64,000 bases of DNA, from NCBI GenBank assembly GCA_002633005.1, contig NMRA01000302.1:336704-400703 (forward strand), read 5' to 3'. The DNA comes from Phoronis australis. Its lineage: Eukaryota; Animalia; Phoronida. Shown in pieces: positions 48,910 to 60,800 of this stretch (its first letter is position 1; each line of letters begins with the position of its first letter). Position numbers and translations under genes: made by a program. The notes beneath the pieces are model-generated. The model saw only the letters and a program-made list of their open reading frames with translations, had not been told where the DNA came from and did no database searches.

Positions 48910-50240
48910 ACATATATATATGGGATAAATAAGTTATACGAATACTGCTACAACGATCCTAGTATCTCGAATTCATTTAATCTGGAAATGTCCTAACGAG
49001 ACCGAAGATAAATGAATTCTCGATAGGATATGGAAGTAGTATGTACGTGAGGTAACCTACACATCATGGCCAATGTTTTCGAAGCGCAGTTTCCTCAAAG
49101 GTACCTTAACTTGTCTTTCGACGTAAACTTGCTCATAATCAACAAATCCGCATTCTCCGAAGTTTCCGAGAGTGCGAGTGGGCTCCACTTTGGAAAATGT
49201 GACCATGGCCATCCGTGTTGAGTAGCTGGAAAATATGCCATTAGTTGGTTCAACTTTTTGGTTTCAGTAACAGCCACGTTGACCCCCGTGAAAGCTTACA
49301 AATTCTTTTAATCATAAATTGTGCATGCGGAAAACGGTCGTTGTGTGGATACGTTAGAGAGACGGCTCATAAGTATGGCCACTTCACCAGCAGTGTGAAG
49401 ATACGAAGTGGGAAGGAAAAGTTTAAAGTTTGCCGATATCGTAAGCTTTTAACTTCGTAAAAATGGCGATAACAAAAGACAAATTTCAAGACATTGTTAA
49501 TCGACCTTTCTCATTGCCAGGCGGAGCAGTCATTGCTCGCTACTCCGACACAAGGCATCCCAGAGTTTGTTGAAAAGCAGACATAACTATGGCTTATGTT
49601 CGTTGTGGACACAGATTTGCTACTGTAGCAAGTATGAGTCAAATGACTTTGTCATTTTTACTGTTATGAGTGACGAAGGATGCTCATCAGTTAACTTTGA
49701 AGTACCTTGATTCTATTAAAATTCAATCATTTCCTTCAGAACTTTGGATAAACTATTTGCACTCTGTTGTCAAGTCACCGGTATAGCATTCAATAACGCT
49801 GATACCTCGCAAGAAAAGCACGTTCTCACGAAACTCCAGTAGATATCGCCATGTATTTTCAATGAGACCACGTGATTTTGGCTAGAGTTTTCTCGACGCC
49901 AGACAATTATTGAACTTTATCCAGATTGTGAGAATAAATGGTTTACCGCAATTCTCCTCCCTGGGATGCGCACGCATCAGTTTTCGTGTATTCGTGAAAA
50001 GGTCAACGGTATTGTTCAGTATGGCGAAGAGTACCTTCCTCTACCGTGATATGTCATCAACATCACAGCTAAAAGCTCTTACTTGAACTTAATTGTCGAG
50101 CTTCAAGACAGACAATTAAAATTTGACGAAAATCCGGACTTATTGATAAGTGACAATTTCTGATATGGCGTGTCAGGCAACTTCACCTTAAATTCGCCCA
50201 ACTTCGCCCTTGTGGTAGTTTTAAATGGTACAAAACGTAC
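48910..50240 (-). pseudogene. Remnant C: decayed copy of the gene A exon 6-7 region
   Basis: 48910-50045 aligns to 16950-18125 and 50055-50240 to 19170-19370. The exon 7 copy (49105-49225) has indels; exon 6 is nearly all deleted. Confidence 0.8.
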
Positions 50241-51681
50241 AAACTACGTCCATTCATAACAGTTTTGGGCTCCAAGACATATATTTTGATTGATGAGATT
50301 AATGTACACTGTATAGCAATGAATGTACAGGTCATTCTCTCAAGACGTTTCATATGTTCTCAGTTTTTGTTCTGATTGAAGCATAAATTGATGTCCTGCT
50401 GTAATATTTCTTATTGAGATTTAAGATTTTATTACGCAAAACTGATACATGTCTCTCAACAATGTGTACATGTAGGACACTATTCAACTCTTGAAACACT
50501 GCAGGCACGACACAGTCACGTAAAAAACACATGCATGCCTATTATCAATTTGTATTCTCACTGCGCGGCCGTGCCGCCTTAAAATTGCGAAATTAAAGTC
50601 AAATTATTGTATTAGATTGTGAAGAAAGAAAGGCAAAACCCGGATGTATGCATAAGCTACACGCCTCCTATGAGCATTATCGTGCCCATAGAATTGTGTC
50701 GTTTCACGTATATATTTCCATTCTAAAAGGGTATATGTACAGTGTAGTTATTTGGATTAGCGACTTTAAAGAAAGATACCTCCACACCCCTGAACTTACA
50801 TGGAATTCTTGAAAATATTTAGAAAGGCAAAGAGACTTACTATTTTGTCGGAAAATGTAAGCTTTTGTACGGGTAATGTGCTGCTGTTTCTTTAAAAGGA
50901 TATGCTAAGCACTGTTTGTGACGATTTCAGCCTATCCTCCTTCAGTCACCTGGCGTCAGTTTTGAAAAAATAGCAATAAATTAAAACTTTTTCCTCCCTA
51001 TTTAATAGATAGGATATTGTAGCTCTTGGTGGGTAGTATTTCCCCACAGTTGCGTTGTAACTTTCGCTAAAAGCGTAGGTTAGGTTTGGCCGTTTTAGTA
51101 GACTTCAAATTTCCCTCCGATTTGAGGATTGTTCGTGATAGAAGATTATTTTGTTTCAGGGAATTGAATGGGAAAGCGTATTTCGATGTCTTGCATTAGG
51201 CCAAAATCACATTTGGTACACCGTCGGTGTACACTAGACATCACAGCGGCACCGGCCGGGGTTGGCAAGATAAAAGAAAAAACGAGTTCCACCTATAAAA
51301 CAGCAGTTAGAGTTCAATTGAACCTTGTGGAGCACCTTCGAGCGCAGACAACAATGAATTTTTTTATGGAGTTATAAATTTTCAGATGCCCTAAAGCCTC
51401 TGTACTTTCCCCGCAATGTGTAGGCTACTTGCTGGGGATTGGGACGCTCGCCTTTAGCCAATGCTGTTCATTGTACGCTGCTTGCTTGGCTCAGTTCACA
51501 GAGGTGTCTGCCGGAGTCATCAGCTGACACACAAAAGATGTCGCTACAATCAAGAGTCCCGGCAACAATCGGTTGAATTCGGAAGACAACTTCCGTTTCG
51601 CCATTTAAAGTTTTCGGGGGAGTGTATCAGTCAGCATTCAGAATGATTTTAGAGAAATTCAGCTAACATAGATAGAAAGTC

Positions 51682-51811
51682 ATGTCAGATTTCTTCAAAT
51701 CTGCTCTCGGATATCTCGGGAGTGGCGTCAGTAGAAGCGATAATGACTTTGTGGGTCAGAATGTAGAGTTAGGTGACCTAAAACTGCGTGTGAAACGAGT
51801 CATCGCGGAAG
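51682..51811 (+). CDS. GAK: GAK exon 1
   Basis: MSDFFKSALGYL...RVIAE+G|gcaagt (GC donor). Confidence 0.9.
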
Positions 51812-54800
51812 GCAAGTCTAGTTTTTCCAGTTGCTGTGGGATCGATATTTACGTCCAGAAACGATGGTATGGAAAATCCTGATTTTTAATCGTGTAGTTT
51901 AACTGATTTTCTAATCTTTTCAGGTGGATTTGCCTTTGTTTATGTGGCACAAGATCAGTCAACATCCAAAGAATATGCTTTAAAAGTAAGTTCAGGTTTT
52001 GTCTTTTTTCAAGTTCATTTTCCAGGATTAAGACTAATCGGTAGTGATTGCCATTCTCTTACATTTTCTTGGTGCTCTTTTATTAAAATGTCTTCTTTTG
52101 CATGCTCAACTGTCTCAGTAATGATGCCACTGACTGTGAAGACTGTGAAATTGTTGAGATTAGTTCCATTGGAATGAAATGATAATTAATGCCATTGATT
52201 TCTCTCCCACATGTTTCTGTGTGTTTAGGAATGATCAATACAACAGGAATAACTGACGATTCACTTCCCACTGATGAGTTCCCTAGTTGTGCTTATATTG
52301 CTCATGTATTAACTTATTTCTCCATGACATTTCTTTGCGTATCTTCTAGAGGTTACTTGCAAGTGACAAAGAGAAGAATGATGCTGTGTTAAAAGAGATA
52401 CGGTTTCTTGTATCCTTAACTCTTGAGACTATTTAACGCTTGATATTTGTGTCAAAGTGCAGAAAAGATGTTTGGAAAAGGTATTTTATGAATTATTTTA
52501 TCCAAATGTAAACATTTTTAGGCTGTACTTGTTTTCATGAAAAGAGTTTCAATCTGTTGTTTTGTTTTTACTTTGAACAAACTTGAACTAACCAAAAGCA
52601 AGTCACTTCTCCCATGTTGGACCCTGAAAAAGTGTTGGAAGATGTTGTGTAGCAGGGGTTATCTCTCTTATTCCCAAGACAAAATAACATTATTGCTCTG
52701 TATTTTGAGAACCAGTTTTCTCCACTGAATAACAAGTATCAAACTGGTTCTGAAAACCCGGGTGACTATTGCCCAAATAACTGCAACTTTGAAACAGAGT
52801 CATGATAAAGTTACTTGGTTTTTGTTCCAGTACAGTGCTTCTATTTAGGACAAAAAGGACTTCTAAAAGTGCCTTTTGTCTACATTTTGCGAAGCCTAAT
52901 TTCATTGCTACATACTTTCATAAATAAATTTATCAAATGTATGCTTGCCAAGGAACCATCCATATTAAGAATAACTTTGGTTGAAAATTTTCATGAAACA
53001 GAATTGTAGGCCTGTCTTATCGTGAACATAGCACTTGTAATGCATGATTCCTTAACTGGTCACAGAAAAAGCTATGCAATCATCCCAACATAGTGCAGTT
53101 CATGGCAGCTGCGTCCATAGGGAAGGATGAGTCTGATCATGGACAGCATGAGTACTTGTTGTTGACAGAGCTATGTGCAGGTGGGTCAACATGTTCATAT
53201 GGCGAGTAAGAGTTCCTTATTTCACGCAATAAAATCGTAGACAGAATAAAGTTGACTGAATGCTTTAACTTGTTGCTGTCTTGTTTTAATCAAGTTTGAA
53301 GTTTGCAACTTCGACTCGGCCAAATTAACGCTGCATGGGTCTTAAAGTGAAAGTATTTTGTATACTATGACTTGTGACAGAAGCAGTTTGATGTGAGATC
53401 TCCAAAATGAGGCTAGTATGTTTTTAGCGTAATTTGCTTAGAAGTCTAAAATTCCACCTGCCAAGTTACTTATGCTCTCAACTGCAGGGCATCACCATTT
53501 CCTGTGCCATGCCTAGTCTGGATGTCTTGCCTTGTCTTGTCTGCTTATACACGCTCACTGTCTGGTACTTAGTCACTTTCACTAAGAAAATGGTCTACAT
53601 GTAATGGGTGTTGAGTTCTGTTCATTAAACGCAGTCACGTGTCCATTGGTTGAGTACAGTTCAGTAAATGCCATACTTCACATTCAGCCACTGTAAGCCT
53701 GCTCATTATTGCATTATTGTCATGTGAAGAAGACAACCTTTCGTCGCCGTTGCAGGCCAGTTTGTCGATGTGATGCAGTCGCGAGGCTCGTTAACTTGTG
53801 ATGAGGTCGTTCAAGTGTTCTACCAGACTTGCAGGGCTGTGCAACATATGCATAAGCAGAAACCGGCCATAATACACAGAGATCTCAAGGTGGGTCAAAG
53901 GTCACCTCGTCGCATTAGGTTGATAAAGTTTCTGTTTACTTAGTGGCCATCCTGAGGCATCTAAATGCTTCAAAATTTATGAAAATGGCGTCATGATGTG
54001 AAGGTTGGGTTATTTTGTCTGAATACTTTTCACATGTATCTTGTCACATGTTTATCATAAGCACTCTCATCTTGTAGCATCATAAAATCTCGTTCTAAGT
54101 AATCATCCTGAATCCTAATGTCGTCTCTTAATCGCATGGTGAATGCTGTCTAGCAGGGTCCTCGATGCCTTAATTTTGGGGACTAATATTGGCCCCATTA
54201 CCCTATGAAAAATATTTAAAAATCATGAGAAATTCCCCTCGTCAGATACCAAAATTACACTCAAATGATTAAAATGTTACACTCGGTGTTAGAATCATTT
54301 TGTTATGCAAAACTTGAGGCATTGCCAATGAGGGGTGGTGATGGGGGGGGTTGGAATTGGTGGTGATAAGGGATGGGGAGAAATTTTCTCCTCAGAAGGC
54401 ATGGGCACCTTTTCCCTCAAGTTAGCGAGGTCCGTGTCCAGTGAATGGCATACCTGTGCTAAAATAATCATTTCCTTTTTATAGATCGAGAATTTACTAC
54501 TGTCTATGACGGGAGTGATCAAACTTTGTGACTTTGGCAGTGCCACCACAGAGTCTCACTATCCTGACGTCACCTGGTCGGCCATACAGCGCAGCCTGGT
54601 GGAAGACGAGGTAGGTGTATTGACATGCTTGAATACAATATAAGCTACGTGTGTCAAAAGTCATCGGTGCTCACGAGTTGTCACGGCTTTTTTGTTTCTA
54701 ATTTTCAAAAACCAAATTGTAAATGCAAGGTAATAGGAATTCATAACATTTATCAACTTTAAGTGTTAGCTTGACTTAGTTTAAGTGATCAGGTATTCAT

Positions 54801-57800
54801 TCACTGACGCATTCACTGCTGTTTTATTTAATTCACACCAAGGGAAATGAGAGTTGTATGCAGTAGCTCTCATTTGTGATAACTTGTCCTATATACCCAT
54901 TTTCCTTGGATGCCTGACTATTATCAGATATTAATAAATCATCATTAGTGACTGATGACAGATTGATTGGCATGCATTAAGATTGATAGCTGTCACTGAA
55001 GTTCATCTGTTGCTGCTTTTAGTGTTTTCAATTCTTATTGTTCAAGCGGAAGTCTGCGGTTATCTCTTAAATTTTTACCCGTGGTTTCCTGTTTGAGATT
55101 TGTATGTTTGTGGGTGCTGTTTACTGACCATTTGTTAACTTCATTTGATTTCCGTTTTACATCACTCGGCTCGTCTTGCAAGATATCTTCAGATTACAGT
55201 GTCCGTGTTTCACATTGTAATGTTGCCTGATGCCCGTGATTACTGTGCCAAGCTAAACCCTGTCAGTGGTGTGTAAGATGTGAGCACTTAATAACGACTG
55301 CTACTGGATAGCTATGTCTTTATGATATATCTAGAAGCTTAGTGCCAGCTCATCAATATAGAATGGGTCAACTGTATTACTGCTATCCTTTCAGAGTGTG
55401 CACTGCTCAGTAACAGCGTGTTGTTTGTCAGAGCTTGAGTGGTTATCACATATTGATCAGACATGAATATGCAAATTTTAAAGTGCATTTCCCTGTGACG
55501 ATTCAGTGAAGTGTGTTTCTAATAACAGTAATCTGGAAAAAAACAGGCTTTACTTTAGCTACTGTACACGCCCGGACACAGAAATGTTCTGGTAATAAGT
55601 ATTTTCAGCTGTGTTGCTTTAAGTAGAAATCTTTTGGAGCACAAAAATTTGTAAATCCAAACACTAACTGAAGACGCAGCTCTGGTTGTTAATTAACATA
55701 GAAAAAATCAGGTGATCAATGAAGTCATTAGTATGTGCAGAAATATCAACGTGTTCCTCACAAATCTTTTCTTCTCAAAGTCATTTTATCAAATGTGCCT
55801 CTACAAAAAAATTATGTCTTGATTTGAGAAACAATGTCAAATTTGATTCAATCAAATTCAAATTATTTTCATGACAGACACCTGATTTAGTTATTACTTG
55901 TGTGAGCCATATTTAGAAACGAAGCCAGTCGTCGAGCCTTTTGCTAGTGGAAATAGACAGCAGAGTTGATTTTTGGACCTGCAAATTCTTGTGAAGTTCT
56001 TGTGAATTCACTTATTGCACAAATTCTCCATGATGCTTGAAAACAAGGTGTTGTGTCCAAACTAAAAAGGCTCTGCATGTTTGTGAGACTCGTGCCTTTA
56101 TGTTGTGTTGTTAAAACTGATGCTAAAATTAGGCATTGTGCCCTAAACAGCAATGCACGACAATCATTTTTGCACCGCCACCAAGTGTGCAAGCAGTGAA
56201 TAGAACTGAGGATGTTTTTTAACAACTGTGGAGGTGGAATATTCCATATTTCTTTGAAATACTTTCCTTGTGTGACTGGACGTTATTAACTATACGCTTA
56301 TTGTTATTCTTATTTAGTTATAATTGTTCAGTTATTCTTATGCTAATGTCTTTGTTGCATCTCAGTGCGCCTTTGTTACGTGAGCATGCGGGCGCGACGG
56401 TATGTGTCGGGCACTTCGCTACCGACAGGCTTCGGAGAAGGGTGTTTCCTTCCTTTGCCTGTATGGAATTGAGAGTTATCATGTGTAACTGTACTGAAAT
56501 ATAAGCATGACGAGGTGAAATACACATGGTTGCACAGACGAGTATGCAAAGTTAACAGCAGATAAAATGAAAAACGCTTGGCAGCGTGCTCAGTATTTTA
56601 CTGACACTTCGAATGATAGAAATAAAGCTAGAAATGATACCCATGCGTTCGCCCAATCCCGTCCGGTTGGTGCTACGGTATTTCTGAGAGATCACAGTAT
56701 CACGGGGAGGAATAAAATTCAGAATGTATTTGGTTCAGTTCCTTATCGTATTGTCTCTCGGAGAAACAATGAAATCTCAGTACGAGCAGCAGATGATGCC
56801 GGAACCATTAAAACTGTGAATAGGTCAGAGATCTTGGATGGTAGGGACTTGGTTCATCTCTAGTTTTTTCTCTCTCTCCTGCTGCTGTTGCGAGCGCGCC
56901 AGGCATTGCCGTGCTGGAAGTGAGATTTGCGTTATGATGTCTGTGGTATGAGGAAACTGAATGTTTTCCATTATCCTTTGTTTCACTGCGCTTTGTTTTC
57001 ATATTGTATGTTAATGATGTCGGGACGACATTTTCTGCTAGGGGGGAGAATGTGACGGGACGTTAGTAACTGTACGCTCATTGATATTCTTATTTAGTTA
57101 TAATTGTGACGAGGTGAAATACACATTTTTGGTGTTCACTGGAGACTTGCTTTGTTACACTGGGCAAGCAAAGTCAGCACATGTGGGACTCTAGTTTCCG
57201 TCTGTAGACACCATGCGTCAAAGTCATGTTGTCACAGCTCAACTTGAATGTATCACAACTCCATCTTCAAACCACGACACCTTGCTAATGTTGTTTTTCT
57301 TGTGCTTAGATTGCAAAGAATACGACCCCTATGTATAGAGCCCCAGAGATGCTTGACCTGTATTCCAACTATCCAATCAACGAGCAGCAAGACATTTGGG
57401 CCCTGGGCTGTGTCTTGTTCATGCTGTGCTTCAGGGAGCATCCATTTGAGGATTCGGCCAAGCTGAGGATCATCAACGCTAACTACAACATACCCGCCTC
57501 CGATAACAAATATGTAGTTTTCCACGATCTGTTAAGTGAGTTTATCAGAAAATTTACGAAATAGTTGGTTCAGTGAATGTCAGAAAATTGGGCTCCGTAA
57601 AGACCTATGAGCCGCCAGAGGTCCATGCCAAATTTTCAGGGCCATTTGTGTGGTTTCTAGTGATGAGCGAGTTTATTTTTACAAGCTTATGCATTATATA
57701 CAAGTGCGTTCTATCTGACCTTTTGACCCAGATGAGCATAATATGACATTTGTTCTAATTATGTTCAATTAATATGATTCCTGGGGTACTCTGGGATGCC

Positions 57801-60800
57801 AGAGCTACAAAAGCTGATGTTTACTGTAGGAATTATCCACCTCCAGGTTACTTCGTGAAATTTCTAACATTTCTTGCCAATTCACAATACAGATATCCAC
57901 TCTTTTTAGTTTTTGTTTATTTTCTGAGAGAAGAATTGTAATAATTACATGCACACTGTTTTAGTCGATTGAAGAAAATCTCAAAACATTTAAAGTGTCT
58001 ATATAGTGAAAGTCTCACAGTGTGATCTCACAGAAGTCATTGACAGGAACTGTATTTGATATTGATAAGCATATTATCTCTTTAATTGACCAGTAAGCCT
58101 TCTGTTTGATTGATAGCTTTGTGTTCGTGTAGGAGCCATGTTACAAGTGGACCCCCGTAACAGACCCCCAAGTACTGAACTAGTAGCTCAGCTAACAGAG
58201 ATAGCTGCCTCCAGGAACGTCAATCCCAAGCTGTCGCTGACATTTGCCCATGAACTTGTCACCTCTGCCCAGACTCAAGGTAACTAGTCTCCAGTGGTGC
58301 GTTCTCTAGTATACCGTAGCTGTGACCTTTGTCACCTCCAGAGAGTAATCCTTAACTAACCATCATTATCCAACATGAGCTACATCTATATAAAGCTGTT
58401 TTTAATATTAGAGGCCCTTCTTAAGCTTTCTGTGACAAAAGAGTTTGATTGTTGGAAATATAGTCCATTCGCAGTTTAAACTGATTTTTGTGAAAGCTCA
58501 TTTTGCATTGGTCATTCATCATTGTGCTCCTTTCAGCTCGCTCTAGTCCACAGAGACAACCACCACAGCACCAAGCTGCCAGTGACACCTCAGGCAGTGG
58601 TAGTTACTTTCTCAACTCGATAAAAGGTGGCGCTGGCAACCTCATGAAAAACATCAAAGATGCATCGGCCAGAGTCGTGGAGACTGTCTCAGCGTATGTT
58701 CCGTTCTGTCATCTTCTGTGTTCTGTATTTAGTAACTGACCAGCGTAATTGTCAGAGTGGTGGTTTACTATAAAATTAGAAATGTTTACGAGTTCAAGAG
58801 CTGGAGTCAGTTCAAATAGGAAACATGACAGCAATTTACTGTAGTGTGTGAGAGTTTGGACTCTTGGCTCTGTTTCTTACAAAATCTGTTATGCCCTTTT
58901 TCAGAATGAACAAGCAAGACATGGATTTCTCCTACATCACCTCCAGGATAGCAGGTAAATGTGGTCTAGATAGTCTTGTTTTATTGTGTTAGATGTTTAC
59001 GTTAACACAAGCATCCATTTGGTGGATAGCATTGCTTTAATAACATTGCCTTTATTGTGTCACACAAAATGCAGTCGCTGAATTCCATTCGGTTCATAGT
59101 GTGAAATTAGTGATGCCAACTCATATTGAAGAACTCTACTGTATGCAATTGTGCATTAGTTATGCCTTTGCAGCGCGCCTTTATCCAGAATTTTCCCTGT
59201 GCACCTTTATATGAAACACAATGAGTCACACCAATCGGCAAATTTCCAAAAATATTTCGTGAGTGCAACTTATCCATTTCAAAATGTTTGATGATGATGT
59301 GATTTCAGTTTAACAGTCAATCAATATTGAATGAAAAGAATTAAGAGTGGTTGAAAACGTATCATTTTCAAAAAAGCACTTGGTATCTGTTCAGCTTCTT
59401 GCCCTATAAGTGAAGATCCAAAACAATGAGTAAAAATGTCATTGAAAAAAACGTCATTTCAGGTAATAATATATGAATTTAGAACAATATAATTTAAAAA
59501 CTGATTCCGCACCAAAATATAGGTGGTTGGTACATGACGTTAAACGTCTGGTCTCTTTTACAGTTATGTCGTTCCCTGCTGAAGGTATGGAAGCCGCATT
59601 CAAGAACAACATTGATGAAGTGAGGATGATGCTCGACTCTCGTCACCCCAACGCCTACGCCGTCTATAACTTGTCTCAGCGGTCCTACAGGAACGCAAAG
59701 TTTCAGAACAGAGTAAGTTCTTGTGTAATTTTGAAATTAGACTCCAATGTAATAGTCACGTTAGTCGTAAGTCTGGGTTCTGTATGCATAATCTCATTTC
59801 AAAGTCCCTGCTGTGCTAATTACGTCAAGTCATGGCCAGGAACGTCATGCTTGAGTTAATGAAGTTAATGGTGGTAAATCTTTGCGTTGACGCAAACTCC
59901 CCTCGGTCTTTCATTATATCATGCAATCATAAAGGCTAACTCACAGTGTTAAAAAACAAAAGGAAGTATTCTACCCAAAACAACTGACAACAGTTTTCAC
60001 GACCAGACCATTCAACTTTTTGTTTTAAACTAGTAAGTATTTATGGTATCTTGGTTATTTCATTGTGCTTCCTTTTCGGCAGGTCTCTGAGTGTGGCTGG
60101 CCTCCCAAGAAGGCCCCTACCCTGCATAATCTGTTTGCCATTTGCAAGAATATGCAGCTGTGGTTACGACAGAGTCCTCAGAATGTCTGTATAGTTCACT
60201 GCTTGGTAAGTGGATTAGGCACTTCTTTTCATTCAAGGTAAATTGACGCCATCCTGCACTGGGATTTTTGAAGGTTTTAGTCCTACAAGCAAAGCTCATC
60301 TCTGATAGTGAAATGTGAATGTTTACGTCATGGGTAGTTCTGTTTACTGCCATATTGGCTATGATATTGAGTCTCAATTTTAATCTCTGGCTTGATGCAG
60401 CAGGTCTCTGCTTCACTGTTTATTACACAGGTCATCAGTCACAGTCGTGTTGAAACAAAATAATCCTTTGACCATTGTCCATTAAAGAGGTCATAAGTTA
60501 CAGAGAAAGTCCCCAAATCATGGTTTATTACAGAGGTAATAAATTGCAGTTGTAACGAATCGGGTCCTTGGATCACTGCTCTTTGAGTTGAGCATAAATT
60601 GCCGAGTCGTTGTTCATTGTCAACCGTTTCACACCCAGGATGGTAAAGCTGTCTCGGCCACAGTGGTGGCAGCATTCACCTGTTTCTGCCGGCTCTTTGA
60701 CAACTCCAAGGGCCCGATGCACATGTTCACAGTGAAGAGAATGAATCCGGGAATAAGTCCGTCGCAGAAAAGGTGGGTCATGTTGGTTATCGTTGCACCG

